Of a stretch of DNA of 64,000 bases, positions 46,336-56,700 are shown piece after piece (the first letter of the stretch is position 1; each line of letters starts with the position of its first letter). The DNA comes from Rhodobiaceae bacterium (GTDB lineage: Bacteria; Pseudomonadota; Alphaproteobacteria; Rhizobiales; NORP267). The stretch covers positions 10,973 through 74,972 of the forward strand of contig JAGRLG010000072.1 of the NCBI GenBank assembly GCA_020441905.1, read 5' to 3'. The position numbers were made by a program, and so were the translations under genes. A model generated the notes under the pieces. That model saw nothing but the letters and a program-made list of their open reading frames with translations. It ran no database searches and was not told the origin of the DNA.

Positions 46336-47688
46336 TTAGCTGAACAGCGCCATGCGGTGGGCCAGCGAAAGCCGGTTGAACTCGACATCCCAGTTCGTCT
46401 GATTCGGGTCGCTGGAATGGGTTTCGGCGGCCTGGCCCGCGCCTCGCGCCAGCGGTTCGCATTCGGGCGCGGGCGGTTTTTTCGCAGCCGTCCCGGTGCC
46501 TGATCCGCTGGCCGGCGGGGCGTCGGCCATGAAGGTGACATCCTGGTCGTGGACCGATTGCGGCGCCGATGATCCTGCATCCGTCGCGGCCAGGGCTTCC
46601 ACGGCGATCGATTCAGGTGACGACGGCGCCGCCGGAACGGCCGCCGCGGATTGAGGCGCGGAATGGGCAATGCCGGTAGCCGCCCGCAAGTCGGCGGTGA
46701 GCCGATCAAAGGCGCCGGCGTCGCTCAGTTCCCCCGTTCGCGGTGCCAGGGGCGGGTCTTCATCGTCGTCGTCAGGATCAACCGCATCGCCCGCATTCTC
46801 GGCGCCTAAGGGAAGGCGGGCGGGGCCAGCCTCCAGCGGATTGGCGGGCGCACCGGCCAGGGACGATTCCGGTTGGTTCCGTGCCGGTCCGGAATCCATG
46901 CCGTCCTCGCGGTCGACAAAGACGATTTCCTCGCCAGGCTCGGGTTCAAAGGGCTGGTCGGCGGCCAGCAGGGCGTCGATTTCGATCTGGGTGATATGAC
47001 GGGCGGGCGGGCGGCCATGGGTTGCGTGGGCGCCTTGCCGCCCCGACTCGGCGGCGCCGCCGGCACCGCCGGTCCGACGCAGATGTTCCGGGGCTTCGCG
47101 CACGATGATGTCGTCAAGGCCGGTGCGGTCGATGAGGCCATTGAGGCGCTCTTCGATCATGCGCAGCAGGCCGGTCAGCCGGGCCATTTTCTGGCCCGTC
47201 AGATCCTGGAAGGCGCAGGCGGCGAAGATCTCGGCGGCGCAAGCGTCGAGGGCATCGCAGGGCGCGGCGCCTATGCCTTGCTCGCGCAGGTTCCAGGCCA
47301 CTTCCTGCACCCGTTCGCCGATCTGGAGGATGTTGTGGGTGGCGTCCTCGATCTGGGCCGCTATGGCGCTGAGTTCGTGCGGCGTGCCGCGATCGGTGCC
47401 GCCTTCGCTGTCTGAAAACAGGTCGTGGCGCAGATGGGCAATGGCGGTCGCGATCTCGATGATATTGCCGCGCATGTCCGCCTCATCGCCAGATGGGTGC
47501 AGCGGGGTGAGCGCGTTTTGCAGCCGCTGAATGGCCTTGAGCAGCGTTTCGGTATCGGCGGTGCGGTTGCGGCGGGCGAATTCGGCGAGAAACCAGCGCC
47601 CCCGCGCGGTTTCCATGACCGCGGCCTCGATCTGCTCGTAGTCTGGTCCGCGCAGCGGGGCGGGGGGGCCGAACTTGCCGTTGCTCAC
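46336..47688 (-). CDS. CheZ-like phosphatase-domain protein with long Pro/Ala/Asp-rich C-terminal extension
   Basis: Contains FQDLTGQ (47191..47211), the CheZ catalytic D-x3-Q motif, within a helical region. The start is uncertain: GVG 47688 is not claimed; GTG 47688 after AAGAGG is preferred, and the track gives TTG 47751. Confidence 0.65.
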   Translation of the reverse strand: MSNGKFGPPAPLRGPDYEQIEAAVMETARGRWFLAEFARRNRTADTETLLKAIQRLQNALTPLHPSGDEADMRGNIIEIATAIAHLRHDLFSDSEGGTDRGTPHELSAIAAQIEDATHNILQIGERVQEVAWNLREQGIGAAPCDALDACAAEIFAACAFQDLTGQKMARLTGLLRMIEERLNGLIDRTGLDDIIVREAPEHLRRTGGAGGAAESGRQGAHATHGRPPARHITQIEIDALLAADQPFEPEPGEEIVFVDREDGMDSGPARNQPESSLAGAPANPLEAGPARLPLGAENAGDAVDPDDDDEDPPLAPRTGELSDAGAFDRLTADLRAATGIAHSAPQSAAAVPAAPSSPESIAVEALAATDAGSSAPQSVHDQDVTFMADAPPASGSGTGTAAKKPPAPECEPLARGAGQAAETHSSDPNQTNWDVEFNRLSLAHRMALFS

Positions 47689-47809
47689 CGTTTCGGGGCC
47701 TCTTGCAGGTATTAGCGAATTGGCGCACGCAGGCGCGGCCGGGTCCGGCAATTGTCGCTGATTCGCGCTAATTTGGTTAGTTGATCATGACGGAGGGCCG
47801 AATTTCCCC

Positions 47810-48964
47810 ATGAACGGGTCGTCGCGCCAATTCAGCCGGCGCATGCAACTTGTCTATGCCGGCCAGTTCCTGGCCATCGGCACCTACATGCCCTTCATGC
47901 CGCTATGGCTGTCGGAGCGCGGCCTCAGCGCCGTGCAGATCGGCCTCGTTCTCACCGTGCCCATGCTGGCGCGGACGTTTCTGGCTCCGGTCATCGCCTA
48001 TGCCGCCGACCGCTGCGGCGAGCGTATCCGGGCATTGGCCGCCCTTTCGATTCTCTCGGCGCTGGCCACCGGCACGCTGTTTCTGGGGTCGGGCTTTGCC
48101 GCCATTCTCGCCGCCTTTGCCGGCCTGGCGCTGTTCTGGTGCGCGCTGATGCCGCTGGCGGAAGCCGCCGCGATGCACGGCGCGCGCAGCCGCGGCCTCG
48201 ATTACGGGCGCATGCGGCTGTGGGGATCGGCCAGCTTCATCGCCGCCAATCTCGGCGCCGGCGTGCTGGTCGATCAGGTTTCGGCCGATGCCGCGGTCGG
48301 GCTGATAGCGGTTTCCTTCATGCTGACCGGCTGGTTCGCCTTCGGCCTTCCGCAGCCGCGCGGCAAGGCCGGCGCCATTGCCGGGCCATTCAGCGGCGCC
48401 GATCTGGCGCTCCTGCTGCGCCCCGCATTCCTGGCCGCAATCGCCATCGCCTCGCTTCTCAACGCCTCCCATATGCTGATCTACGGCTTCGGCACACTGC
48501 ACTGGCAGGGGCTGGGTCATTCCAGCCTCCTGATCGGCTGCCTGTGGGCGACCGGGGTCATTGCCGAAATCGCCCTGTTCGCCTTCTCCTCGAAGGTCGT
48601 GGCAAGGACCGGCGCCTGGGCGCTGCTGATGGTGGCGGCGCTGGCGGCGACCTTGCGCTGGGTGGCGATGGCCTTCGATCCGCCGCTCGAGATGTTGTTC
48701 GCGCTGCAAGTGCTGCATGGGCTGACATTCGGCGCCACCCATCTTGGCATCGTCAATCTTGTTGCCGACGCGGTGCCCTCGGAGCTCGGCGGCACGGCGC
48801 AGAGCCTGATGTATTCGGTGTCCTCGCTGGTGGGAGCGCTCAGCACGCTGGCCGCCGGCGCGCTTTATGGCGCCTATGGCGCCGGCGCCTTCTGGGCCAT
48901 GGCCGCGATTGCCCTTGGCGCGCTGGTCCTGGTGCTGGCGCCATTGGGCCGGCGCGCCCGCTAA
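47810..48964 (+). CDS. MFS transporter (MFS_1_like / HcaT-like)
   Basis: 12 TM segments. The N-terminal pattern YAGQFLAIGTYMPFMPLWL..RGLS..QIG resembles the HcaT/nucleoside symporter-like MFS subfamily. Confidence 0.8.
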   Translation: MNGSSRQFSRRMQLVYAGQFLAIGTYMPFMPLWLSERGLSAVQIGLVLTVPMLARTFLAPVIAYAADRCGERIRALAALSILSALATGTLFLGSGFAAILAAFAGLALFWCALMPLAEAAAMHGARSRGLDYGRMRLWGSASFIAANLGAGVLVDQVSADAAVGLIAVSFMLTGWFAFGLPQPRGKAGAIAGPFSGADLALLLRPAFLAAIAIASLLNASHMLIYGFGTLHWQGLGHSSLLIGCLWATGVIAEIALFAFSSKVVARTGAWALLMVAALAATLRWVAMAFDPPLEMLFALQVLHGLTFGATHLGIVNLVADAVPSELGGTAQSLMYSVSSLVGALSTLAAGALYGAYGAGAFWAMAAIALGALVLVLAPLGRRAR

Positions 48965-49944
48965 CCCCAAAGCTCGGGGGCGGGCGGGTTGAGCAGGCTG
49001 CCGTCATATTGAATTGCGTGCTCGCGGTCGCGCGCCAGCAGCAGCGGGCCGTCAAGGTCGACGATGTCGGCGCGCTGGGCGAGCAGGGCGGCCGGTGCCA
49101 TCGACAGGCTGGTGCCGACCATGCAGCCGACCATGATGCCGAGGCCCTCGGCCTCGGCGGCGTCCAGCAGCGCCAGCGCCTCGGTCAGCCCGCCGCTCTT
49201 GTCGAGCTTGATATTGACGCCGTCATAGCGCCCGGCGAGCGCCTTCAGCCCGGCGCGCTCATGCACGCTTTCATCGGCGAATACCCGTACCGGGCGGGGA
49301 ATGGCCGCCAGGGCCTCGTCGGCTCCGGCCGGCAGCGGCTGCTCGACGATCTCCATCCCGGCATCGGCGCAGGCGCCAAGCAGGGCTTCCAGGCGTTCCA
49401 CGGGCCAGGACTCGTTGGCATCGGCAATCAGGCGCGCATCGGGGCAGGCGGCACGTATGGCGGCGATGCGTTCTTCATCGCCTCTGCCGCCCAGCTTGAT
49501 CTTGAGCAGCGGTCTGCCGCTGGCGCGTCTTGCCGCCTCGGCCATGGCCGCGGGGGCGGCAAGGGAAATGGTATAGGCGGTGAGAAGGGGCGCGGGCGGC
49601 GCCAGGCGGGCCAGTTGCCAGACCGCTTTTCCGGCCTGCTTGGCCTCCAGGTCCCACAGCGCGCAATCGATGGCATTGCGCGCCGCGCCGGCGGGCAGCA
49701 GCAGGCGCAGATCGTCGCGCCCGGCGCCCGCGGCAATCTCGTGCTTAAGGCCGGCAATGGCGCCGAGCACGCCGTCGCGGCTTTCCTGGTAGCGCGCGTA
49801 GGGCACGCATTCGCCGCGCCCGGTGTGGCCGCCCTCGGAGATCTCGGCGACCACGACCTCGACTTCGTGGCGCGATCCGCGCGAGATGGTGAAGGTTCCG
49901 GCAATCGGCCAGGTTTCGGCGTGGCAGCGCAATCGTCTCGTCAC
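48961..49944 (-). CDS. enolase-superfamily dipeptide epimerase (L-Ala-D/L-Glu epimerase / DgcA-like)
   Basis: FTISRG...GECVPY...KIKLG...DANESW...EQPL...DES...KLDK.GG pattern of muconate-lactonizing-enzyme subgroup epimerases. Start is GTG 49944 or TTG 49932. Confidence 0.8.
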   Translation of the reverse strand: MTRRLRCHAETWPIAGTFTISRGSRHEVEVVVAEISEGGHTGRGECVPYARYQESRDGVLGAIAGLKHEIAAGAGRDDLRLLLPAGAARNAIDCALWDLEAKQAGKAVWQLARLAPPAPLLTAYTISLAAPAAMAEAARRASGRPLLKIKLGGRGDEERIAAIRAACPDARLIADANESWPVERLEALLGACADAGMEIVEQPLPAGADEALAAIPRPVRVFADESVHERAGLKALAGRYDGVNIKLDKSGGLTEALALLDAAEAEGLGIMVGCMVGTSLSMAPAALLAQRADIVDLDGPLLLARDREHAIQYDGSLLNPPAPELWG

Positions 49945-50177
49945 CTCCGGCCCCCTCCTTGGAGCTTCCCGGCCATGCCCCAAGGCGCTAGATTGGGCGC
50001 TGGATCGGGTGCCGGTCGTGGCACCTTCGGGCAATTGCCCTGGCTTGCGGTTCGGGGCAAGCCTAAGCCAAACTCGCGCCGCTGTCGCCAGCGACAACGG
50101 GAGGTGTCGGCATTTGCCGGCGAATCTGAAACACTCGGACCGCTCGGGCGCAGATCGCGGCAGGGGACGTTACAGGC

Positions 50178-51317
50178 ATGGCATCGGCGGATGAAGCAAT
50201 GCTCGACTGGGAAGTCAGCGAGGCCAGCGCCCGTATCGCGCCGCGCGGCCAGTGGACCGTTGCGCTTGCCTCCAGGCTGGACCGGCTGGCGGCGTCGGTC
50301 GCCCTGCCCAGAGATATCAAGACCGTTGTCATCGACATGGGCGGGGTCGAGGATCTCGATACCGCAGGAGCCTGGCTGCTGACGAGGACCAGCGGCGAAT
50401 GGCGCGCGCGCGGCCACGAAGTCGCTTTCGAACACCTGAGCGACAAGTACCGCGTGCTGCTGGACGAGGTCGGCGGCCATGATCTTGGCGGCGGGGTGGC
50501 GGCGGACAAGGATGGCCGGGCGCTGGCCCTGGTCGCCGATACCGGCCATTCGGTGATCGAGGCGGGGCGGGACCTGGCGCGGGTGACCGGCATTCTTGGC
50601 GCAACGGTTGGGGCCTTCTTGCGCGTGCTCGCCAATCCGTCGCGGCTGCGCGTGACCTCCATCGTCCATCATCTGGAGCATATCGGCCTGCGCGCCGTCG
50701 GCATTATCGCCCTGATGTCATTCCTCATCGGCGGCATCATCGCCCAGCAGGGCGCATTCCAGCTCGCCAAGTTCGGCGCCGACCTCTTCGTGGTTGATCT
50801 GGTCGGCATTCTGGTGTTGCGCGAACTGGGGGTGCTGCTGACCGCGATCATGTTCGCGGGGCGGTCGGGGTCGGCTTTTACCGCCGAATTGGGGGCGATG
50901 AAGATGCGCGAGGAGATCGACGCCATGCGCATCATCGGTCTCGATCCGGTCGAGACGCTGATCCTGCCGCGCCTGATAGCGCTGGTGATCGCGCTGCCGA
51001 TCCTCACTTTCATCAGCGATATCATGTGCCTGGCCGGGGCCGGCATGCTGCTCCAGTTCTACATGGACATGCAGCCCGACATTTACATTTCGCGGCTGCG
51101 CGAGTCGGTGTCGGACCACACCTTCATGGTCGGCATGTCGAAGGCGCCGTTCATGGCGCTGGTGATCGGCCTGATTTCCTGCGTCGAGGGCCTCAAGGTC
51201 GAGGGCAGCGCGGAGTCGCTTGGGTTGCGGACCACCTCGGCGGTGGTCAAGTCGATCTTCATCGTCATCGTTCTCGACGGCCTTTTCGCCATCTTCTACT
51301 CGGCCATGGACTGGTAG
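50178..51317 (+). CDS. mlaE: MlaE-family ABC permease with N-terminal STAS domain
   Basis: An N-terminal ~110-aa STAS-like segment (DMGGVEDLDTAGAWLL), then the MlaE permease core (RELGVLLTAIMFAGRSGSAFTAELGAMK..EEIDAM). Confidence 0.88.
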   Translation: MASADEAMLDWEVSEASARIAPRGQWTVALASRLDRLAASVALPRDIKTVVIDMGGVEDLDTAGAWLLTRTSGEWRARGHEVAFEHLSDKYRVLLDEVGGHDLGGGVAADKDGRALALVADTGHSVIEAGRDLARVTGILGATVGAFLRVLANPSRLRVTSIVHHLEHIGLRAVGIIALMSFLIGGIIAQQGAFQLAKFGADLFVVDLVGILVLRELGVLLTAIMFAGRSGSAFTAELGAMKMREEIDAMRIIGLDPVETLILPRLIALVIALPILTFISDIMCLAGAGMLLQFYMDMQPDIYISRLRESVSDHTFMVGMSKAPFMALVIGLISCVEGLKVEGSAESLGLRTTSAVVKSIFIVIVLDGLFAIFYSAMDW

Positions 51318-51320
51318 CTC

Positions 51321-52103
51321 ATGAAAAAGGCAAATGGCACCCGGTCCGGCGAAGTGATCATTTCCGTCCGCGGCCTCGATGTCGGTTTCGGCGATCATCT
51401 GGTGCTGAACCACCTCGATCTGGATGTCTATCGCGGCGAGGTGCTGGGCGTCGTCGGCGCGTCGGGTTCGGGCAAGTCGGTGTTGCTGCGTTCCATTGTC
51501 GGGCTGCTGCCGCGGCGCGCCGGGACGGTGAGCGTTTTCGGCAAGGATGTGCGGGCGCAGAGCGAGGAACAAAGAATCCTGATCGAGCGCCGCTGGGGTG
51601 TGCTGTTCCAGGACGGGGCGCTGTTTTCGTCGCTTACCGTGAGCCAGAACATCCAGGTTCCGATGCGCGAACACCTCAAGCTGCCGCAAAAGATGATGGA
51701 CGAGCTGGCGGCGCTCAAGATCGCCATGGTCGGCCTGCCGCAGAGCGCGGCGGCGAAATACCCTTCCGAGCTTTCCGGCGGCATGCGCAAGCGCGCCGGG
51801 CTGGCGCGGGCGCTGGCGCTCGATCCCGAGATCGTCTTTCTTGACGAGCCGACCTCCGGGCTCGATCCCATTGGTGCTGCCGATTTCGACGACCTAGTGG
51901 GGAAATTGCAACAGACTTTGGGCCTCACCGTCTTTATGGTGACCCACGACCTGGACAGTCTCTACGCGATCTGCGACCGGATTGCGGTGCTGGGCGATGG
52001 CCATGTGCTGGTTGAGGGGACGATCAAGACGATGCTCGCCTTCGACCATCCGTGGGTGGCGGCCTATTTCAAGGGGCCGCGGGCGCGGGCCGTGAGTGTC
52101 TGA
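51321..52103 (+). CDS. mlaF: ABC transporter ATP-binding protein MlaF-like
   Basis: Walker A GASGSGKS, signature LSGGMRKR and Walker B IVFLDEPTSGLD. Confidence 0.92.
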   Translation: MKKANGTRSGEVIISVRGLDVGFGDHLVLNHLDLDVYRGEVLGVVGASGSGKSVLLRSIVGLLPRRAGTVSVFGKDVRAQSEEQRILIERRWGVLFQDGALFSSLTVSQNIQVPMREHLKLPQKMMDELAALKIAMVGLPQSAAAKYPSELSGGMRKRAGLARALALDPEIVFLDEPTSGLDPIGAADFDDLVGKLQQTLGLTVFMVTHDLDSLYAICDRIAVLGDGHVLVEGTIKTMLAFDHPWVAAYFKGPRARAVSV

Positions 52104-52115
52104 GGACGAAGCGAG

Positions 52116-53048
52116 ATGGAAACCAAAGCCAATCACGTTCTAGTCGGCGCCTTCACACTGGCCTTCGTGTTCCTGGTGTTCGGATTCGTGTTCTGGCTTG
52201 CCCGCCTTGACGAGGCGGCGGGGCGCCAGCCGATCTATGTGGTTTTCGAGGGCGCCGTGACCGGCCTTGGCGAAGGCGGCGCGGTGCTGTTCAACGGCAT
52301 CAAGGTGGGCGAGGTTTCGACGCTGGAATTCGATCCTGAAAACCCGGAGCGGGTGCGGGCCCTGGTCTTTGTCCGCCGCAATACGCCGGTCAAACGCGAC
52401 ACCACCGCGCGGCTCGATGCCCAGGGCCTGACCGGGGTTGCCGTGGTGCAGCTGCTCGGCGGCACCAAGGACTCGCCGCCGATCGGGGAGACGCTGGACA
52501 ACCAGATACCGGTCATCCGCGCCGAGAAGAGCCAGTTTCAGGACCTTGTCGATTCGGTTCGCGGCATTGCCTCCAAGGGCGCCAGCCTGTTCGAGCGGCT
52601 CGACAAGCTGCTGGCCAAGAACGAGGATACGGTGACGCAGTCTCTTGAGAATGTGCGCAAGGTGACCGACAGCCTGGCCTCCAACAGCGGCGAGATCGAG
52701 CGCTTCATCAAGGATGCCGGGGAGCTGGCAAGCCGGCTCAACGGTACGTCAAAAAAACTTGACGATCTCATTGCGCGAACCGACAAGATCGTTGCAACCG
52801 ACGGTGAGGCCTTCATCAAGGAAGCGCGGGAGGCCGCGACCACCTTCAAGCAACTGGCGGAGAACCTCAATAAGGGCCTCGGCGAAGGGGTTTCGCGGGT
52901 GGCCGGGCGCAGCCTGCGCGAAGCGGAGGCCTTTGTCGTCGAGGGACGGACGACACTGCGCAACATGCAGCGCGTGCTCGACCGGCTTGAACGCAGCCCC
53001 AAGGATTTCCTGCTTGGCGGCTCGCGGGTGCCGGAGCGGGGACGATAG
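52116..53048 (+). CDS. mlaD: MlaD/MCE-domain protein
   Basis: N-terminal TM segment, an MCE domain (GL.EGGAV.FNGI.VG.V) and a C-terminal helical region. Confidence 0.88.
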   Translation: METKANHVLVGAFTLAFVFLVFGFVFWLARLDEAAGRQPIYVVFEGAVTGLGEGGAVLFNGIKVGEVSTLEFDPENPERVRALVFVRRNTPVKRDTTARLDAQGLTGVAVVQLLGGTKDSPPIGETLDNQIPVIRAEKSQFQDLVDSVRGIASKGASLFERLDKLLAKNEDTVTQSLENVRKVTDSLASNSGEIERFIKDAGELASRLNGTSKKLDDLIARTDKIVATDGEAFIKEAREAATTFKQLAENLNKGLGEGVSRVAGRSLREAEAFVVEGRTTLRNMQRVLDRLERSPKDFLLGGSRVPERGR

Positions 53049-53127
53049 GAAACAGGGCGCGCCGGGCTTGGCGCGCCGGCACTGAATGTGCCATAGGGTG
53101 AGAAAAGGACAGGGGGCAGACGGGGGC

Positions 53128-53721
53128 ATGAACCGGTTCAGCCGAGGTTTGGGCATGGCGCTGCTTGCGGCGCAGGTGTCCGGCTGTGCCCTTTTGGCGG
53201 GGCCAGGCCCGGCGCCGACCACCTATGACCTGACGGCGCGGGCCGGCGGCAATCTGGGGCGCACCGGCGCCCAACTGGCGGTGCGCGAACCCCGCGCAAT
53301 TCAGCTTCTGGACAGCGAGCGTATCGTGTTCCGCCCCTCGGCGGAAAACGCGACCTATTACGGCGACGCGCAATGGACCGACCGGCTGCCGAAGCTGATC
53401 GAGGCACAACTGGTCGAATCCTTCGCCCAGGGCGGCGTACGCACCATTTCGCGGACGACCGACGGCCTCAATGTCGACTACCAGTTGATGACCGAGCTGC
53501 GCGATTTCAGCGTTATGGACGGGCCGGGCGGGCAGGTGGCGCGCGTGGCCATCTATGCCCAGCTGGTGGCGGATACCGAAGGGCGGGCGCTCAGCGGCGA
53601 ATTGTTCGTGGCCGAGGCCGCGGTCAAGGGCAGCGACACGCCGGCCGGCGTCGCCGCGCTCAATGAGGCTCTGGGCAGCGCGCTGACCGGCGTTGTGCGC
53701 TGGACCTTGCGGCGCATCTGA
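53128..53721 (+). CDS. ABC-type transport auxiliary lipoprotein (PqiC/DUF330-like)
   Basis: Lipobox LLAAQVSGC. Its size and position after mlaEFD match the auxiliary lipoprotein family. Trimmed to ATG 53128. Confidence 0.75.
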   Translation: MNRFSRGLGMALLAAQVSGCALLAGPGPAPTTYDLTARAGGNLGRTGAQLAVREPRAIQLLDSERIVFRPSAENATYYGDAQWTDRLPKLIEAQLVESFAQGGVRTISRTTDGLNVDYQLMTELRDFSVMDGPGGQVARVAIYAQLVADTEGRALSGELFVAEAAVKGSDTPAGVAALNEALGSALTGVVRWTLRRI

Positions 53722-53791
53722 TTCTTCAAACCCGTTTTGCGCTATGGCGCCCAGGGCGCACGGGCTTCAGTGCCCGTGGCCCGCGCATCGG

Positions 53792-56700
53792 CTATTCGAG
53801 CCGCCCGCTGGCATGGGCGAGCATGAGATAGACCTTGCCGGTGTCCGAGGTCAGGTAGGTCTGGGTCAGCATGTTGTCGCGGTCATTGCGCGAGACGCTC
53901 TCGATGAGCTGTTCGAAATCGTCGACATAGCGATCGACAGTGTCGCGGAATTCGCGGTCGGAGCGGTATTTCTGGGCGATCTCGTCGAAGGTGCGCTGGC
54001 CGCGCAGGGTATAGAGACGGCGCGTGAAGACGCCCCGTTCGCCGCGGCGATAACGCTCCCAGAGCTCGGCCGGGGCCTCGTGGTCGAGGGCGCGGGCAAG
54101 ATCGACCGAGAGCGAATTCAGCGATTCCACGACATGGAGCGGCGAGCGGTCGGTTTCGCCCGCCGGTTCGTTGCGGCCGGCACGCCGCGCCGGTGCCGCC
54201 TCGGCCGGTGCCGGGTCGCGGGCGGTGTCGCGATGCGCCGGCGCGGCGGCATCATCGCTGCCGGCCCGTGCCAGCAGATCGGGCAGGCTCCATTTGCCGG
54301 ACGCCGACGGGCGCTGTTCGCCGGTGCGCTGGCGCGCCGGATTCCTGGGCAGTTCGGCCTCGGCGCGGGGGGCAGGCTCAATCGGCGCGGCAGCCACCTT
54401 TTGCGGCGCAGCCGCGGGCCGGCGGCGCGCCGCGGCAGGCTCCGCCGATGACAATTCGAGCGAGCGGCCATGGCGCGAAATGATGGCCGACAATTCGTCG
54501 AGCGCCTTGATCTGTTCGGTGACCATGCGGCGCACGGCGGTGGTGCTCTCCCTTGCTTCTTCGGGCATGTCGAGAACGCCGCGGCTGAGTTCCGCGCGTG
54601 TCGCCTCGAGTTCGCGGGCGACCTCCTGGGACGCGTTGCGCACCTGGCGGGTCATGTCCTCGAACTGGGCGCGCGAGGAGGTCAGCATGCGCTGGATCTC
54701 GTCCTGGACCTGAGCATAGTGCTCGCGCATCGCTTCCGACGTGCGCTGGGTCTGGTCATCGGCACTGCCTTGCAGGCGCTGATATTCGCTTTCGATCGCG
54801 CGTGCGGTTTCGGCAGCGCGCTCGGCCAATATGGCGCCGATTTCGCTCGCCAGCCTTTCGGCATTGGACAGCGATCCGGCGACCATCTCGCCGACATTGC
54901 CCATCAGGGCGTCGACATCCTCGACCTTGCCGGCAATCGAGCGGCTGAGTTCGGCAAGCGCGGCATGGCGCTCGCGCAGGGCATCGTTCATGCGCTCGTT
55001 GGAGTGGTCGATGGCGCCGGCGGCAACCTGCAAGACCTTGCCCTGCTCGTCGAAGCGCGAGGCCAGTTCCGTTACATCCTTCAGCACGACTTCGGAAATC
55101 TGCCGCAGGGCGTCGACCTGGCGCGAGATGAGGCTGCTGGTGCGGTCGGTCTCGTTGACGGCGCCGTCAATCGCCATGCGGAACTCGGAGGCGCGGGCGG
55201 CCAGCCCCTCCTCGACCGAGATCAGATTGTTGCTGGCGGAGGCCAGGATGTCGTTGAGGGCGTCGTTGGCGGCAACCATCCGTTCGACAACGCTCTCGAA
55301 ATCGTCGGACATCTTCTGGTTGGTGTCGGTCACCGCCGCGATCATGCGCTCGGCCCCGGCGGACATGCGCTCCGCCGCGACGTCGCCTGACCGCGTCAGG
55401 GCCGCGGTAATCTGTTCGCCGGTGGCGGAGAGGCTGCGTGTAATGTCGTCTCCGGCGCCGCGCAGCTTCTCAGCGACCTGATCGCCGCGTTCGCCGAGAT
55501 TGCCGATCATTTCGGCGGCCTGTGTATTGACGAGGCCGTCCAGACGCTCGATGCGCTGGCCCAGCGCCTCGTTGACATGGTCCATGCGGCCGGAAAGTTC
55601 GGCGGCCGACCTGGTGACGGTATCGGTGACCTCGCCGGCGCGCTCGGTCAGGGTGCGGCCCAGTTCGGCGGCGGCCTGCTCGAAGCGCTGGGCGGCTTGC
55701 GGCCCTTGCTCGTTGAGCGTGGTTTCCAGGGCCACCAGCTGCTGCTGGAGGCGGGAGTCGATTTCGCTGGAGCGGGCTACCAGCGTGGTCAGCACCTCGC
55801 TGGCGCGGGCGCCGATGGTGGCGCTCAGTTCGCTGCCGCGTTCGGTCAGCAAGCGGTCGATGCGGCCGATCTGGCCCGACAGGGTATCGCCGATCTGCTG
55901 GGCGCGCGCGCCCAGGCTCTCATTGGCTTCCTCGATGCGCGTATTGAGCGTTCCGGTGACCGTTGCCATGCGCGTGTCGATGGTATGGCCGAGCAGTTCG
56001 GTGCCTTCGGACAGGGCCTGGGTGAAGCTGGCGGTGCGCGTGCTCAGCGTTTCGTCGAGATGGGCCGCGGTATTGGCGACCGCGTCGCGGAAGCCGTCGG
56101 CGCGGGCCTGTAGCGTATTGGCGATCTGTTCGGCGCCGATGCCCAGGGTGTCGTTTGCCAGGGCGATCTTTTCGTCGAGCGCGGACGTCACCGTGCTCAT
56201 GCGGGTGTCGATGGTGTCGCCAAGGCGCATGGTGCCTTCGGCTATGGCCTCGTTGAACTGCGCGGCGCGGGCATCGAGGGTATCGCCGATTTCCTGTGCG
56301 CTGACGCCGAGGGTCTGGTTGGCCTGCTGGATCTTTTCGTTCAGCGATGCGGTGACCGAGGTCATGCGGGTGTCGAGCACCTCGCCCATGCGGGCCGAGC
56401 CTTCGGTGATCGCGTGCAGGAAGGTCGAGGTGCGGGCGTCGAGGGTTTCGTTGAGCTGGGCCGTGCTTTCGGACATCACCTGGGCGAGGCCGGCCGAGCG
56501 GGTATTGATGGCTTCGCCGATCTGCTGGGCGCCAAGGCTGATGGCCTCGGTCAGCCCGCTGGTGTGGCCGACCAGCGTGTCGCCGAGCTGGGCCGTGCCC
56601 TGGGAAATCGACTCGGTGAGGCTGGAGGTGCGGGTTGCCAGCAAGTCGTCGAGGGCTGCGCTTTCGTTCTTCAGCGTTTCGTTGAGATCGGCGTGGCGGC

